Shown here in pieces: positions 19,644 to 29,213 of a stretch of 64,000 nucleotides of DNA. The stretch covers positions 1,020-65,019 of the forward strand of contig CAZDPJ010000006.1 in NCBI GenBank assembly GCA_964507405.1. Reading direction: 5' to 3'. The notes below the pieces were generated by a model, which made no database searches, had not been told where the DNA came from, and saw nothing but the letters and a program-made list of their open reading frames with translations. The DNA is from an uncultured Staphylococcaceae bacterium (GTDB lineage: Bacteria; Bacillota_I; Bacilli_A; ML615J-28; CAG-313). Position 1 is the first letter of the stretch, and each line of letters starts with the position of its first letter. Made by a program: the position numbers and the translations under genes.

Positions 19644-20675
19644 TTAGCCTTTAATACCACTACGTGATACTCCACGCATAATATATTTACGTAAGAATAT
19701 AAACACTAGTAGTAATGGTAAGGTAACAACTGTTGTTGCTGCCATTTGAAGACCTTGGGCTGTTCTACCTTCAGAGTCTGAGAAGGAAGATCTTAAACCC
19801 GTTGTGATTAATCTCATGTTTGCATCACGAGTAACCATCATAGGCCATACATATGCGTTCCAAGAACCCATAAGTTTTAAAATAGTAATTGTAATAATTG
19901 TAGGCATTGCAATTGGAACCATGATTTTAATTAAATATTTGAAATCACTTGTTCCATCTACTTTTGCCGCATAATATAATTCATTTGGTATTTGTTTGAA
20001 GTTTTGTCTTAATAAGTAAATATAATATACACTAATTAAGAATGGGACAATCATTGCCCAATATGTATCAATACCGCTTGTACCAAATATTGATTTAGCA
20101 GTTTTAGTTACAGTAATATAGTTTGTAATAACCATCATTTCACCAGGAATCATCATAGTTGCAAGGAAAACAGTAAATATAAGTTCACGCCCTTTAAACT
20201 TGATTCTTGAAAAAGCAAAGGCTGCCATAACAGTTGTTACAACTGTACCTATAGTAGAAAATACACCAACAACAATTGTATTAAATATCAATCTTCCAGC
20301 ATTTAATCTTTCGATTGCTTGTGGATAGTTTGATAATGCAAGTTCATATTTACCAAATCCAGGGAAGAATGTTGGAGTAGGTAAATCAATTTCTGCAGCT
20401 GTCTTAAGTGATGTTGCAATCATCCAGTAGAACGGAACAATCATACAGAATGCCATGAAGACTAAGAATGTATAAGAAATAATATTTTTAATTATTCTAA
20501 ATACTCTTTCTCTTCTGATTACTTCTTTCGCTGTATCACCAACAACAGCAAGTTTATTTTCAGGAATATGATCAATTAATCTACGTTTATACTTAGAAGG
20601 TTTCTTTTCAACAAATCTAAGCGATAAATATAATATTAGAAGTACAAGGCAAACGCCTAAAACAAATATATACAT
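19644..20675 (-). CDS. ABC transporter permease (MalG/UgpE-like) with an extra N-terminal TM
   Basis: 343 aa, multi-TM. EAA-like loop YYAAKVDGTSDFKYLIKIMVPIAMP. Confidence 0.85.
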   Translation of the reverse strand: MYIFVLGVCLVLLILYLSLRFVEKKPSKYKRRLIDHIPENKLAVVGDTAKEVIRRERVFRIIKNIISYTFLVFMAFCMIVPFYWMIATSLKTAAEIDLPTPTFFPGFGKYELALSNYPQAIERLNAGRLIFNTIVVGVFSTIGTVVTTVMAAFAFSRIKFKGRELIFTVFLATMMIPGEMMVITNYITVTKTAKSIFGTSGIDTYWAMIVPFLISVYYIYLLRQNFKQIPNELYYAAKVDGTSDFKYLIKIMVPIAMPTIITITILKLMGSWNAYVWPMMVTRDANMRLITTGLRSSFSDSEGRTAQGLQMAATTVVTLPLLLVFIFLRKYIMRGVSRSGIKG

Positions 20676-20689
20676 ACGTTTTTTACCTC

Positions 20690-21652
20690 CTAATAGAATA
20701 TTTTCTTGCTACTTACATATTTGTTAATAGCAGTAAATATCATAATAATTATAAACAAGACAACAGCACCAGCTGATGCAGCACCAGCATCGCCACCTTC
20801 TTTAAGTTTATCATATATATACCATACAACCGTTGCCATATTATGACGTTGACCAACACTTTGTGCTTTGTCACCAAAAATCGCAACAACTGATGTATAT
20901 TCTTTAAACGCACCGATAAGTGAGGTAATAAGTAAGTAGAATATTTGAGGAGATAATAGTGGAACTGTTACCTTCATAAATGTTCTCATCTTAGATGTAC
21001 CATCAATTTGAGCTGCTTGATAATATTGTTTATCAACACTTTGTAATGCACTTAATAAAATTAATACCTTAAATGGTAATGAATTCCAAACGATATAAAT
21101 TAGAAGTACAATTAATGATGTAAAATATTGGCTGTTAAACACAGCATTGCCGGAAGCAAAACCAAAGAGCCATTGGTTATCCAAGTTACCACCAAGCCAG
21201 TTTACACCTTTTCCGCCAAAGAAAGTAATGATTGTGTTTATTAAACCTTGATTACTTTCAAACATAACTGAGAATACCATACCGATAGCAATAGTATTTG
21301 TTACATATGGTAAGAAAAATATTGTTTGGAACACTTTTTGTAAACCTTTAATAGAGTTTAACGCAACTGCTATTAAAAGTGAAAATAGAATTGATAGAGG
21401 AACGGAAACAAAAACTATAATCATTGTGTTTATTAAATATTGCATAAAAGAATTATCTGGATCTAAAACTAATTGGTAATTCTTTAAACCAAAACCAGAA
21501 TAAGCTCCAGTCATATAGTTATAATCCTCTTTGAATGAAATAATAAACGTATTAATTAGAGGGTAAAAAGTAAAGATACCTAATAATACTAAAGCAGGTA
21601 ATAAGTACAAAATACCTCTAATAAAGTTGGTACTTGCTTTTCCTTCAACCAT
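20690..21652 (-). CDS. ABC transporter permease (MalF/UgpA-like)
   Basis: 320 aa, multi-TM. YYQAAQIDGTSKMRTFMKVTVPLLSP. Confidence 0.85.
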   Translation of the reverse strand: MVEGKASTNFIRGILYLLPALVLLGIFTFYPLINTFIISFKEDYNYMTGAYSGFGLKNYQLVLDPDNSFMQYLINTMIIVFVSVPLSILFSLLIAVALNSIKGLQKVFQTIFFLPYVTNTIAIGMVFSVMFESNQGLINTIITFFGGKGVNWLGGNLDNQWLFGFASGNAVFNSQYFTSLIVLLIYIVWNSLPFKVLILLSALQSVDKQYYQAAQIDGTSKMRTFMKVTVPLLSPQIFYLLITSLIGAFKEYTSVVAIFGDKAQSVGQRHNMATVVWYIYDKLKEGGDAGAASAGAVVLFIIIMIFTAINKYVSSKKIFY

Positions 21653-21653
21653 A

Positions 21654-22715
21654 CTATTTAATTCTCTCTTCTGTTACTTTGTCAAATACAAAGTATTTGT
21701 TAGGTTTTACTACAGCTTTTGATATTGTTCCTTCTTCTAATTTAACACTTGAATCAACGATGAAACGGAATGTCTCTTTTTCTGAGTTAGGGTTTACACC
21801 ATTTACAAGTTTATCACGACCGATATATTCGATATGTTCAATGCCAATCGATAGAGGGCCTTCTGGATTAATTTCAAATCCTTCAGGTCTAATGCCTACT
21901 GTAACTTCTTGATCAGGAAGTTCAGCTTCACCTATTTTTTCTTTGCCGATATAAATGCCATTATCATGAATAACACCATTAAAAATATTAATAGGTGGAG
22001 TTCCTAAGAATTTAGCAACAAATTGATTTGTAGGGTTTTCATACACATTTTGAGGTGCACCTTTTTGTTGCATTACACCAAACTTCATAACAACTATTTC
22101 ATCCGAAATACTCATCGCTTCTTCTTGGTCATGTGTAACGAAAATTGTTGTAATACCCGTTTCTCTTTGAATTCTCTTAATTTCTTCACGAGTTTGAAGT
22201 CTTAGACGAGCATCTAGATTTGATAGTGGTTCATCTAGTAATAACACTCTTGGTTCTTTTACTAAAGCTCTAGCTATTGCGACACGTTGTTGTTGACCAC
22301 CTGATAATTGACGAGGCTTACGGTTTAATAATTCTTCAATACCAACAAGACGAGCATACTTTTGTGTTCTTGCTAAAGCCTCTGCTTTAGTTAGTTTCAT
22401 ATTTTGTAAAGGGAACATTATGTTTTGCTTTACAGTCATATGAGGGTAAAGGGCATAGTTTTGGAAAACTAGACCAATTCCTCTTTTTTCAGCAGGAAGT
22501 GCAGTTACATCTTCATCACCGAAAAAAATATGGCCCGAAGATGGTTCTAGCAATCCAGCAATCATATACAATGTTGTTGATTTACCACATCCTGACGGAC
22601 CAAGCAAACCAATAAGACGACCAGAAGGGATGACGATATCTAAGTCATCTACGGCTCTTACTTCTGAGTTCTTATCGGCAAATATTTTTGTTAAATGAGA
22701 CAAGCGAATATCCAT
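21654..22715 (-). CDS. ABC transporter ATP-binding protein (MalK/UgpC/MsmX type)
   Basis: 353 aa. GPSGCGKST, LSGGQQQRVAIARAL, LLLDEPLSNLD, and a C-terminal TOBE-like region. Confidence 0.92.
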   Translation of the reverse strand: MDIRLSHLTKIFADKNSEVRAVDDLDIVIPSGRLIGLLGPSGCGKSTTLYMIAGLLEPSSGHIFFGDEDVTALPAEKRGIGLVFQNYALYPHMTVKQNIMFPLQNMKLTKAEALARTQKYARLVGIEELLNRKPRQLSGGQQQRVAIARALVKEPRVLLLDEPLSNLDARLRLQTREEIKRIQRETGITTIFVTHDQEEAMSISDEIVVMKFGVMQQKGAPQNVYENPTNQFVAKFLGTPPINIFNGVIHDNGIYIGKEKIGEAELPDQEVTVGIRPEGFEINPEGPLSIGIEHIEYIGRDKLVNGVNPNSEKETFRFIVDSSVKLEEGTISKAVVKPNKYFVFDKVTEERIK

Positions 22716-22779
22716 AATAAAAATCCTCCTCGTTTGACATTATTTGTCTTTTTTTATTGAGTTTACTATCTCTGTACTT

Positions 22780-22808
22780 ATTATACCATATACTCTATTC
22801 TTTTTCAA
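22780..22808 (-). promoter_or_regulatory. putative sigma-A promoter of the ABC/nuclease operon (TTGAAA-17-TGgTATAAT)
   Basis: -10 reverse complement at 22780-22785, -35 reverse complement at 22803-22808, extended -10 TG. Confidence 0.55.
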
Positions 22809-22925
22809 AAGAATTGAATAATTTATTTTAAAATTCGACAAATTCAATTAAACTTCATAAAAAAAGTTGTAAGCATTTTTACTCACAACTTAATTTTTTT
22901 GTTTGATTTACTTAATAAATATTTC

Positions 22926-23522
22926 CTATTTTGTTTTTCTTCCTTCAATAGCATACTTAAGAGTCATAGCATCTACATACTCTAAGTCACCACCAGCGGG
23001 TAGTCCATATCCAATGCGAGATATTTTAAGTCCATCTCTCGCTAGAATTTTCTCTAAATATAAGGCAGTTGTTTCACCATTCATTGTGAAGCTTGTTGCT
23101 AAAATAATTTCCTTTACATTTGGATTAAGTCTTGCATTTAAACTATCTATATTTAAAGCATCAGGACCAACTCCATCAAGTGGTGAAATGAGACCACCTA
23201 GTATATGATATAATCCATTATATTGACCGGTCTTTTCGATTGCTAAAACATCTTTTGCATCCTTTACTACCATGATTTGTTCTTGACTACGATATGTATT
23301 TTCACATATTTCACACAAATCATTTAGAGTATACATTCCACATACTTTGCATTTTTTTACTTGCTTTTTTGTTTCAATTAATACTCTAGCAAATCTTTCA
23401 ACTTCCTCATTAGACATTTTTTCGATAACTTGGAAAGCATATCTTGATGCTGTTTTTTTTCCAACACTTGGTAACTTTTCAAAACAAGCTGAAAGATTAT
23501 CTAAAAATTTAAAATCATCCAT
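22926..23522 (-). CDS. recR: recombination protein RecR
   Basis: 198 aa. Zn finger CKVCGMYTLNDLCEIC and Toprim region. Confidence 0.95.
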   Translation of the reverse strand: MDDFKFLDNLSACFEKLPSVGKKTASRYAFQVIEKMSNEEVERFARVLIETKKQVKKCKVCGMYTLNDLCEICENTYRSQEQIMVVKDAKDVLAIEKTGQYNGLYHILGGLISPLDGVGPDALNIDSLNARLNPNVKEIILATSFTMNGETTALYLEKILARDGLKISRIGYGLPAGGDLEYVDAMTLKYAIEGRKTK

Positions 23523-23821
23523 TAAAACATTCCACCAGTATAGGCTTTATATTTAGAAAGTTTTTCTTCTGTATATGAAGCTATTTCTTCATTTGCTTTA
23601 TGGCTCGCTGCAACAAAAGAATCTTCTAATAATTCTAAATCATCAGGTGTAGTAACTTCAAAATCTTTATCAATAGTAACATTTTTTACTTCATGTGTGC
23701 CATACATTACGATTGTAACTGGTCCACTAGTTACTGTGAATTCACTTTCTTCTATTTCCTTTTGGGCTTTTTCAATATCCCTTTGCATTTGTTGTAATTT
23801 ACGAATCATTTGTGGATTCAT
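23522..23821 (-). CDS. ybaB: nucleoid-associated protein YbaB/EbfC
   Basis: 99 aa. NPQMIRKLQQMQRDIEKAQKEIEE.... Sits in the dnaX-ybaB-recR synteny. Confidence 0.9.
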   Translation of the reverse strand: MNPQMIRKLQQMQRDIEKAQKEIEESEFTVTSGPVTIVMYGTHEVKNVTIDKDFEVTTPDDLELLEDSFVAASHKANEEIASYTEEKLSKYKAYTGGMF

Positions 23822-23824
23822 TTT

Positions 23825-26800
23825 TTATTCCTCCTCTTTTTCTACTATATCTTCGCCAAAGAAGCTTTCAGCTTGATGGACTACTTGATTTTTTTTACTT
23901 ACTAAATTAGTAGTATTTATTACAACTATCTTTAGTTCTGGATTTTTTATAGGGGTAAGTCTAGGATATTTTATCCCCATATTATATTGACCTGCATACT
24001 CAAGTCTTTTTTCTTGCCATGTGTTTTCAGGTAAGGCAATAAAATCATAATCTTTACCAAAAGTAATTTTTAATACTTGTAATGCATTAGTGTGTCCTTT
24101 AGGTTCCATTAAATGATTACACATTGAAGCATGTGGATAAACTATTAATAATTCATTATAACCATTAGCAGTTAAAGTACCTTCTGATAAAAGTTTAGCT
24201 GTTGGTGATAATAAATGACCTACTCTATCTTCTAATTTAGACCAATTAGATAAAATATTAATTTTTTCTTCTCTACATTTTTGATCACGTGCTTGATGTA
24301 AGATTCTTTCTACAATTTTAGCATCATAAATTTTTGAAGTTTCGTCAGTTGGTTCTTCTTTTATATCACGTTGTAAAGGAGTTCTAATAACAACTGTTTT
24401 TTCATTTTTGATTAAATTAGGTTTATTAATTACTTCTTCTTTAGGAGTTTCCACCTTTACTTCAGGTTTTACTTCCTCTTTAGGTCCTTTTGCTTCTTCT
24501 ACTTCTGGTTCTCTTATAATTTCAAACGGGCTTCTACGTTTCGTTAAGCCACCATCAAGTTTGGTATTTATTTCATCAACCTTAGTTTGGATTTCTTGAA
24601 CCTTGATACTTAATTTAATACTATAGTCTTTCGCATCAGCAATTGCTTGTTGATTGTTTTCAATTAATTTGACATATTCATCAAAGGAATTATCTGGTAA
24701 TGCATTTATTTTATCATATAAATCAGTATAATTACTAATTATACTATTAGCTAAATCACTTCTTAAAGTATCTAGTTTATTTTGAATATCGTTTGTTAAT
24801 TCTTCTATTTTACTATCAATATTTGTTGTAGAATTTACATTAGATAACTTTTCTTCTATTTCTGTAAAGTCGTTTTGTAGCGATTGAACTAAAGAAACTA
24901 GTGAAATATAATTTTCATTTAATTGTGAAATTTCATCATTATCACTGCTTCCAGAATGAGTTATACCATTATATGAATTCTTTATATTACGTGCAAGTTC
25001 GTCTACACGGTTAATAACCATATCTAAATATTCTTCAATTACTTCTACTTTTTCATTTAAATTCTTAACATTATTTTTAACATCTACATCACTAGTTGAT
25101 ATTAAATTTTCTCCAGATTGTTGATTTGTAACCTCTTTTAATTGAATCATTTCTTGTTGTAAACTAGTAATCTTATTAACTAATTCAGTAGAATCAAAAT
25201 TATGTTCTTCAGGTACTACTTTCATTGAAGATACTTTTTGTTCTAATTCAGTAATTCTTGCGTCTACATCAAAAGGAACATCAGTAGTAGTTGTACTATT
25301 TGATTGAACTAAATCAATTTTTTGTTCTAATTCACTTAATTTTGTTTCTATATTAGAATAATTAGTAGTATCTGTATTTGTTGAATCTGTGTTTGATGTA
25401 TTTTTCATCAATTCAAGTTTTTGTTCTAATTCATTTATTTTGTTTTCTAATAAACTATTACTATTTGTTTCCGTAGATGGTATAGAAGAATTTGTTTTTA
25501 TAGATTCAAATTTTACTTCTAATTCTTTTATTGTTTCATTTATTTCTTGAATTTGTTCTTCTATTTTAGCAGGTTCGGCTTTATTTGCAAGTGATAAATC
25601 TTCAAGTAAATTAATCTTTGAAAGTATACTTTCTTTAAAATTTTGTGTATCTTGTTTATTAACTTCATTAATTATTTTTTTAACTTGATTATCTAGCGAA
25701 TTAACCTTAGATACTAATTCACCACTATATCCAGTACCGCCACCAAGTTTTATTGTTTCTACTTTTTCTTCTAATTTTTGAATTTGTCCTAAAATATCAA
25801 TATCTAAATTAGCACTATTAATTATTTTAATAATTCCAACCTCAAGATATATCTTAGGAGAATTTGTGAATCTAATCTTATTTTGAATATCTACAAACAA
25901 ATCAACATAATAGAATAATCTAGTTTCAGATGTTTCATGAGCAAGACTCATAAACGCTTCTTTATTATATATATATTGAGTACGAGTAGTATCTTTTAAA
26001 CTTTTATAAAGTAATAAATCTCTACAAAATTGAATTAAACTAGTTAATATTCTATTTACATCTTTACCAAGTTCTAATAAATCATTTACTCTATTTAATG
26101 CAACTTCAGTATCTTGATCATTTAGTGCTTTTATTAATTCAATCAAGTGTTGATAAGAAACATTTCCTGTAATATTATTTATATCTTCCATCGTTACTTG
26201 ATTAGAATTATATACTCTAGCTTGGTCTAAAACACTTAAAGCATCACGCATTCCACCTTCTGATGCTTCTGCGATACCTTGTAATGCTTCATCAGTGATT
26301 TTGATTTTTTCAAGTTGCGTAACTCTAATTAACATTTCGATTATTTCATGAGTTGATAATTGTTTAAAATCAAGTCTTTGACATCTTGAAAGAATAGTTG
26401 CTGGAATCTTATATGGTTCTGTTGTTGCTAGTATAAATATTACATGAGCAGGTGGTTCTTCTAATGTTTTTAAAAGTGCATTAAAAGCTGCGGTACTTAA
26501 CATATGAGCTTCATCAATGATATATACTTTTCTTTTTAGGCTGCTTGGTAGGAAATTAACTTTTTCAAGTATTTCTCGCATTTGGTCTACACCATTATTA
26601 CTTGCGGCATCAAGTTCAATAACATCTGTAGTTTCATCATTAATTATACTCTTACAACTATCACATTCATTACATGGTTCACCATTTATTGGATGTTCAC
26701 AGTTAACTGCTTTTGCGAAAATACGAGCAATTGTAGTTTTACCAATACCACGTAATCCACTAAATATATATGCATGTGATATTTTTCCTTCTAGCACAGC

Positions 26801-26896
26801 ATTCTCTAATATTTTTATAATGTGCTTTTGGCCAACAACTTCATCAAATCTCGTTGGACGGTATGTTCGATATAACGCTTTATATGCCACAGGCAC
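23825..26896 (-). CDS. dnaX: DNA polymerase III tau subunit, unusually long (1023 aa) owing to a central coiled-coil/low-complexity insert
   Basis: GLRGIGKTT Walker A, Zn module CNECDSCKS, LSRCQRLDF. The real start may be the GTG at 26888-26890 (MAYKALYR), which has better SD spacing. Confidence 0.93.
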   Translation of the reverse strand: MPVAYKALYRTYRPTRFDEVVGQKHIIKILENAVLEGKISHAYIFSGLRGIGKTTIARIFAKAVNCEHPINGEPCNECDSCKSIINDETTDVIELDAASNNGVDQMREILEKVNFLPSSLKRKVYIIDEAHMLSTAAFNALLKTLEEPPAHVIFILATTEPYKIPATILSRCQRLDFKQLSTHEIIEMLIRVTQLEKIKITDEALQGIAEASEGGMRDALSVLDQARVYNSNQVTMEDINNITGNVSYQHLIELIKALNDQDTEVALNRVNDLLELGKDVNRILTSLIQFCRDLLLYKSLKDTTRTQYIYNKEAFMSLAHETSETRLFYYVDLFVDIQNKIRFTNSPKIYLEVGIIKIINSANLDIDILGQIQKLEEKVETIKLGGGTGYSGELVSKVNSLDNQVKKIINEVNKQDTQNFKESILSKINLLEDLSLANKAEPAKIEEQIQEINETIKELEVKFESIKTNSSIPSTETNSNSLLENKINELEQKLELMKNTSNTDSTNTDTTNYSNIETKLSELEQKIDLVQSNSTTTTDVPFDVDARITELEQKVSSMKVVPEEHNFDSTELVNKITSLQQEMIQLKEVTNQQSGENLISTSDVDVKNNVKNLNEKVEVIEEYLDMVINRVDELARNIKNSYNGITHSGSSDNDEISQLNENYISLVSLVQSLQNDFTEIEEKLSNVNSTTNIDSKIEELTNDIQNKLDTLRSDLANSIISNYTDLYDKINALPDNSFDEYVKLIENNQQAIADAKDYSIKLSIKVQEIQTKVDEINTKLDGGLTKRRSPFEIIREPEVEEAKGPKEEVKPEVKVETPKEEVINKPNLIKNEKTVVIRTPLQRDIKEEPTDETSKIYDAKIVERILHQARDQKCREEKINILSNWSKLEDRVGHLLSPTAKLLSEGTLTANGYNELLIVYPHASMCNHLMEPKGHTNALQVLKITFGKDYDFIALPENTWQEKRLEYAGQYNMGIKYPRLTPIKNPELKIVVINTTNLVSKKNQVVHQAESFFGEDIVEKEEE

Positions 26897-27051
26897 ACCT
26901 CCTTTATTTATTTGTTAATATAATTATACCACATTATGTATTTTTTTTTGCTATGTTTGCGTGATTTTTTTCTTTCCATATTTTTTTATTTTTATTTTCT
27001 TATTTCTTCTACTTAATAAGAAATAAATTTAATTTTTATTCATATAATTAT

Positions 27052-27996
27052 ATGAGTGATTCTATGAATATATATTTTATTATCTTAATAACACTACTTT
27101 TATTTAGTTTATTTTTATTTATAATAGGTTTAAAATTATTAATTAATACATTAAATAAATTATCTTCTACCAAAATCAGACAATTAATATTAAAATTTTC
27201 AAAAAACAACGTACAAGTATTATTACTTGGAATTATAATTACCGCAATTTGTCAGTCCTCTAATGCCGTTACAGCAATTACTTTAAGTTTTGTCAGTGCT
27301 AATTATTTATCTTTAAGAAAAGGATTAATCATTATAATCGGTTCTAATATTGGAACGACTATTACTTCTATTTTTTTTAGTTTAAATATTCAAAATTATT
27401 CTTTTTTATTTATTTGTTTAGGTATAATTATATATATATTACTTAAAAACAAACAAATTGGCTTATTAATTATAAGTTTAGGAATACTACTATTTGGATT
27501 AAATCACTTAACTTACTATTTAGAAAGCATTTTATCTCTTGATTATATAAAGCCATTTTTGATAAAATTTAATAATTCTAATATTATTTGTTTCTTTGTT
27601 GGTAATATCATATCATTCTTAATGCAATCATCAAGTGGAAGTATTGGATTAATTCAAAATTTATATCAAAATAACTTAATTAATTTATCTAGCGGTGTAT
27701 CTTTTGTTTTAGGTGCAAATATTGGAACAACTATTACTGGGATGTTTGTTGGATTATTTGGAAATAAAAATGCAAGAATTATTGGTATAATTAATTTCTT
27801 TTTTAATTTTTTAGGATCTATTTTTTTCCTATTACTAATTAAAGAATATACTGAATTATTAATCTTTATTAAAAATTTATTTAATCTATCAAATTCTTTA
27901 ACTATTTCTATAAGTCATATTATTTATAATTTAATTACTGTATTGATATTTTTTATTATTTTATCTTTACATAAAAATAAATCTTTTGCGTTTTAA
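27052..27996 (+). CDS. Na/Pi-cotransporter family membrane protein (no PhoU-like tail)
   Basis: 314 aa, polytopic. Duplicated motif SSNAVTAITLSF...GSNIGTTITS / SSSGSIGLIQNL...GANIGTTITG. Confidence 0.7.
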   Translation: MSDSMNIYFIILITLLLFSLFLFIIGLKLLINTLNKLSSTKIRQLILKFSKNNVQVLLLGIIITAICQSSNAVTAITLSFVSANYLSLRKGLIIIIGSNIGTTITSIFFSLNIQNYSFLFICLGIIIYILLKNKQIGLLIISLGILLFGLNHLTYYLESILSLDYIKPFLIKFNNSNIICFFVGNIISFLMQSSSGSIGLIQNLYQNNLINLSSGVSFVLGANIGTTITGMFVGLFGNKNARIIGIINFFFNFLGSIFFLLLIKEYTELLIFIKNLFNLSNSLTISISHIIYNLITVLIFFIILSLHKNKSFAF

Positions 27997-28068
27997 ACAT
28001 ATTTATTTGATATTTTTTAAAAATAATGGTATAATATTAAGAAGTTAGATATAAAGGAGAATTTAATA

Positions 28069-29148
28069 ATGAAACATAATTTTAAACTAATCCCCTTTCT
28101 AATATCTTTATTATTAGTCGTAGGGGTTACATTTGGTATATGTTGGTACTCTCTATTTGGTTATCAAATAAATAGAACTAGATTCTATGACAATTATTTT
28201 CATGTAGAAGATTATAAAGAAGTAGAAGCTACAACTTTTATTGAAGAGGCTTTAAAGTATAATTTTGCTGGATATAAAAAAGCTGATTCAAAAGTTAGTA
28301 TTCACCAACATAATACAAGTATCTTTAGTTCTGAAGTACCTACTTATCAAAATGGTACAATTCATGTTCCAGGATATTTTGATATTGATATATATGCTGT
28401 AGATACAACGGCATTAAATTCAGATGATGGTAATACATATGAATATTATTTCTATTTCTATAATGTTCAATATACCGATAAAAAAGGTAACTTAACAATT
28501 TCTAATAATGAAATACCACTTGCAATCTTATCTGCAGTTGGAACTGGCACAGTAAGTGATGCTGAAGTTGAAGAAGCAACACTATCTGACCTACATGGTG
28601 ATTCATTAGTTGATAAAGCTATTAAACAAATTAATTCACAAGGCACCTTAAATATTACTTATAATGGTGCTGCTCAATTTGGAATTGGTGCTGCTAATTC
28701 TACATCAATTATTTATCCTATTTATGATAATGGTGCACAAAACACACCAAATGGTGATACAATGGTATGGAGATGTTCTCCAAGACAAGATATCAATAGA
28801 AAAGATGTTTTTGAAAAAGAAGATAATGAAGATGGCGTTATGACTTTCTCAATTGTCCTTTTACCAAACGATGATGAATGCATCGAACTTGTTAGAGGAA
28901 CAATTACTGATCTTGATAAACTAAGTGAAGTAGATTATACTTTAGGTGCTAATGGTGATATTTTAAGTAATGATGCATTAAAAGGTGATTATATTAAATT
29001 TATCTGGCCTAGAGTTGCGGTTCATGGATTAATCGCTTTCGTTATCACTGGTGTTATTGGTGTATTATTCTATATGGTTTGGGTTGATGGTGGAAATGCC
29101 GAAACACAAAAACCAACAAAAAAGAAATTAAATAAGTCTAAAAAATAA
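28069..29148 (+). CDS. hypothetical protein with N- and C-terminal TM anchors and a large extracytoplasmic domain
   Basis: 359 aa. RBS AAAGGAG upstream. I recognise no family. Confidence 0.5.
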   Translation: MKHNFKLIPFLISLLLVVGVTFGICWYSLFGYQINRTRFYDNYFHVEDYKEVEATTFIEEALKYNFAGYKKADSKVSIHQHNTSIFSSEVPTYQNGTIHVPGYFDIDIYAVDTTALNSDDGNTYEYYFYFYNVQYTDKKGNLTISNNEIPLAILSAVGTGTVSDAEVEEATLSDLHGDSLVDKAIKQINSQGTLNITYNGAAQFGIGAANSTSIIYPIYDNGAQNTPNGDTMVWRCSPRQDINRKDVFEKEDNEDGVMTFSIVLLPNDDECIELVRGTITDLDKLSEVDYTLGANGDILSNDALKGDYIKFIWPRVAVHGLIAFVITGVIGVLFYMVWVDGGNAETQKPTKKKLNKSKK

Positions 29149-29213
29149 AGGTTAAATCCTTTATTTTTTTATACAAAAAAAGTAATAGAATTTTCTTCTA
29201 TTACTCATTTTTT

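Noticed and set aside
26517-26918. A 133-aa plus-strand ORF, and similar antisense ORFs at 704-895, 5810-6088, 6434-6754, 14763-14999, 17417-17677, 21634-21912, 22903-23208, 31404-31760, 46085-46435 and elsewhere.
   Set aside because: All lie wholly inside, and antisense to, strongly supported genes (dnaX, tkt, spoVG and others). None has a convincing RBS or a recognisable motif.
26897-27051. I looked for an SRP RNA (scRNA), which lies upstream of dnaX in B. subtilis.
   Set aside because: The region is A/T-only promoter-like sequence with no GC-rich helices or GNAR tetraloop motif.
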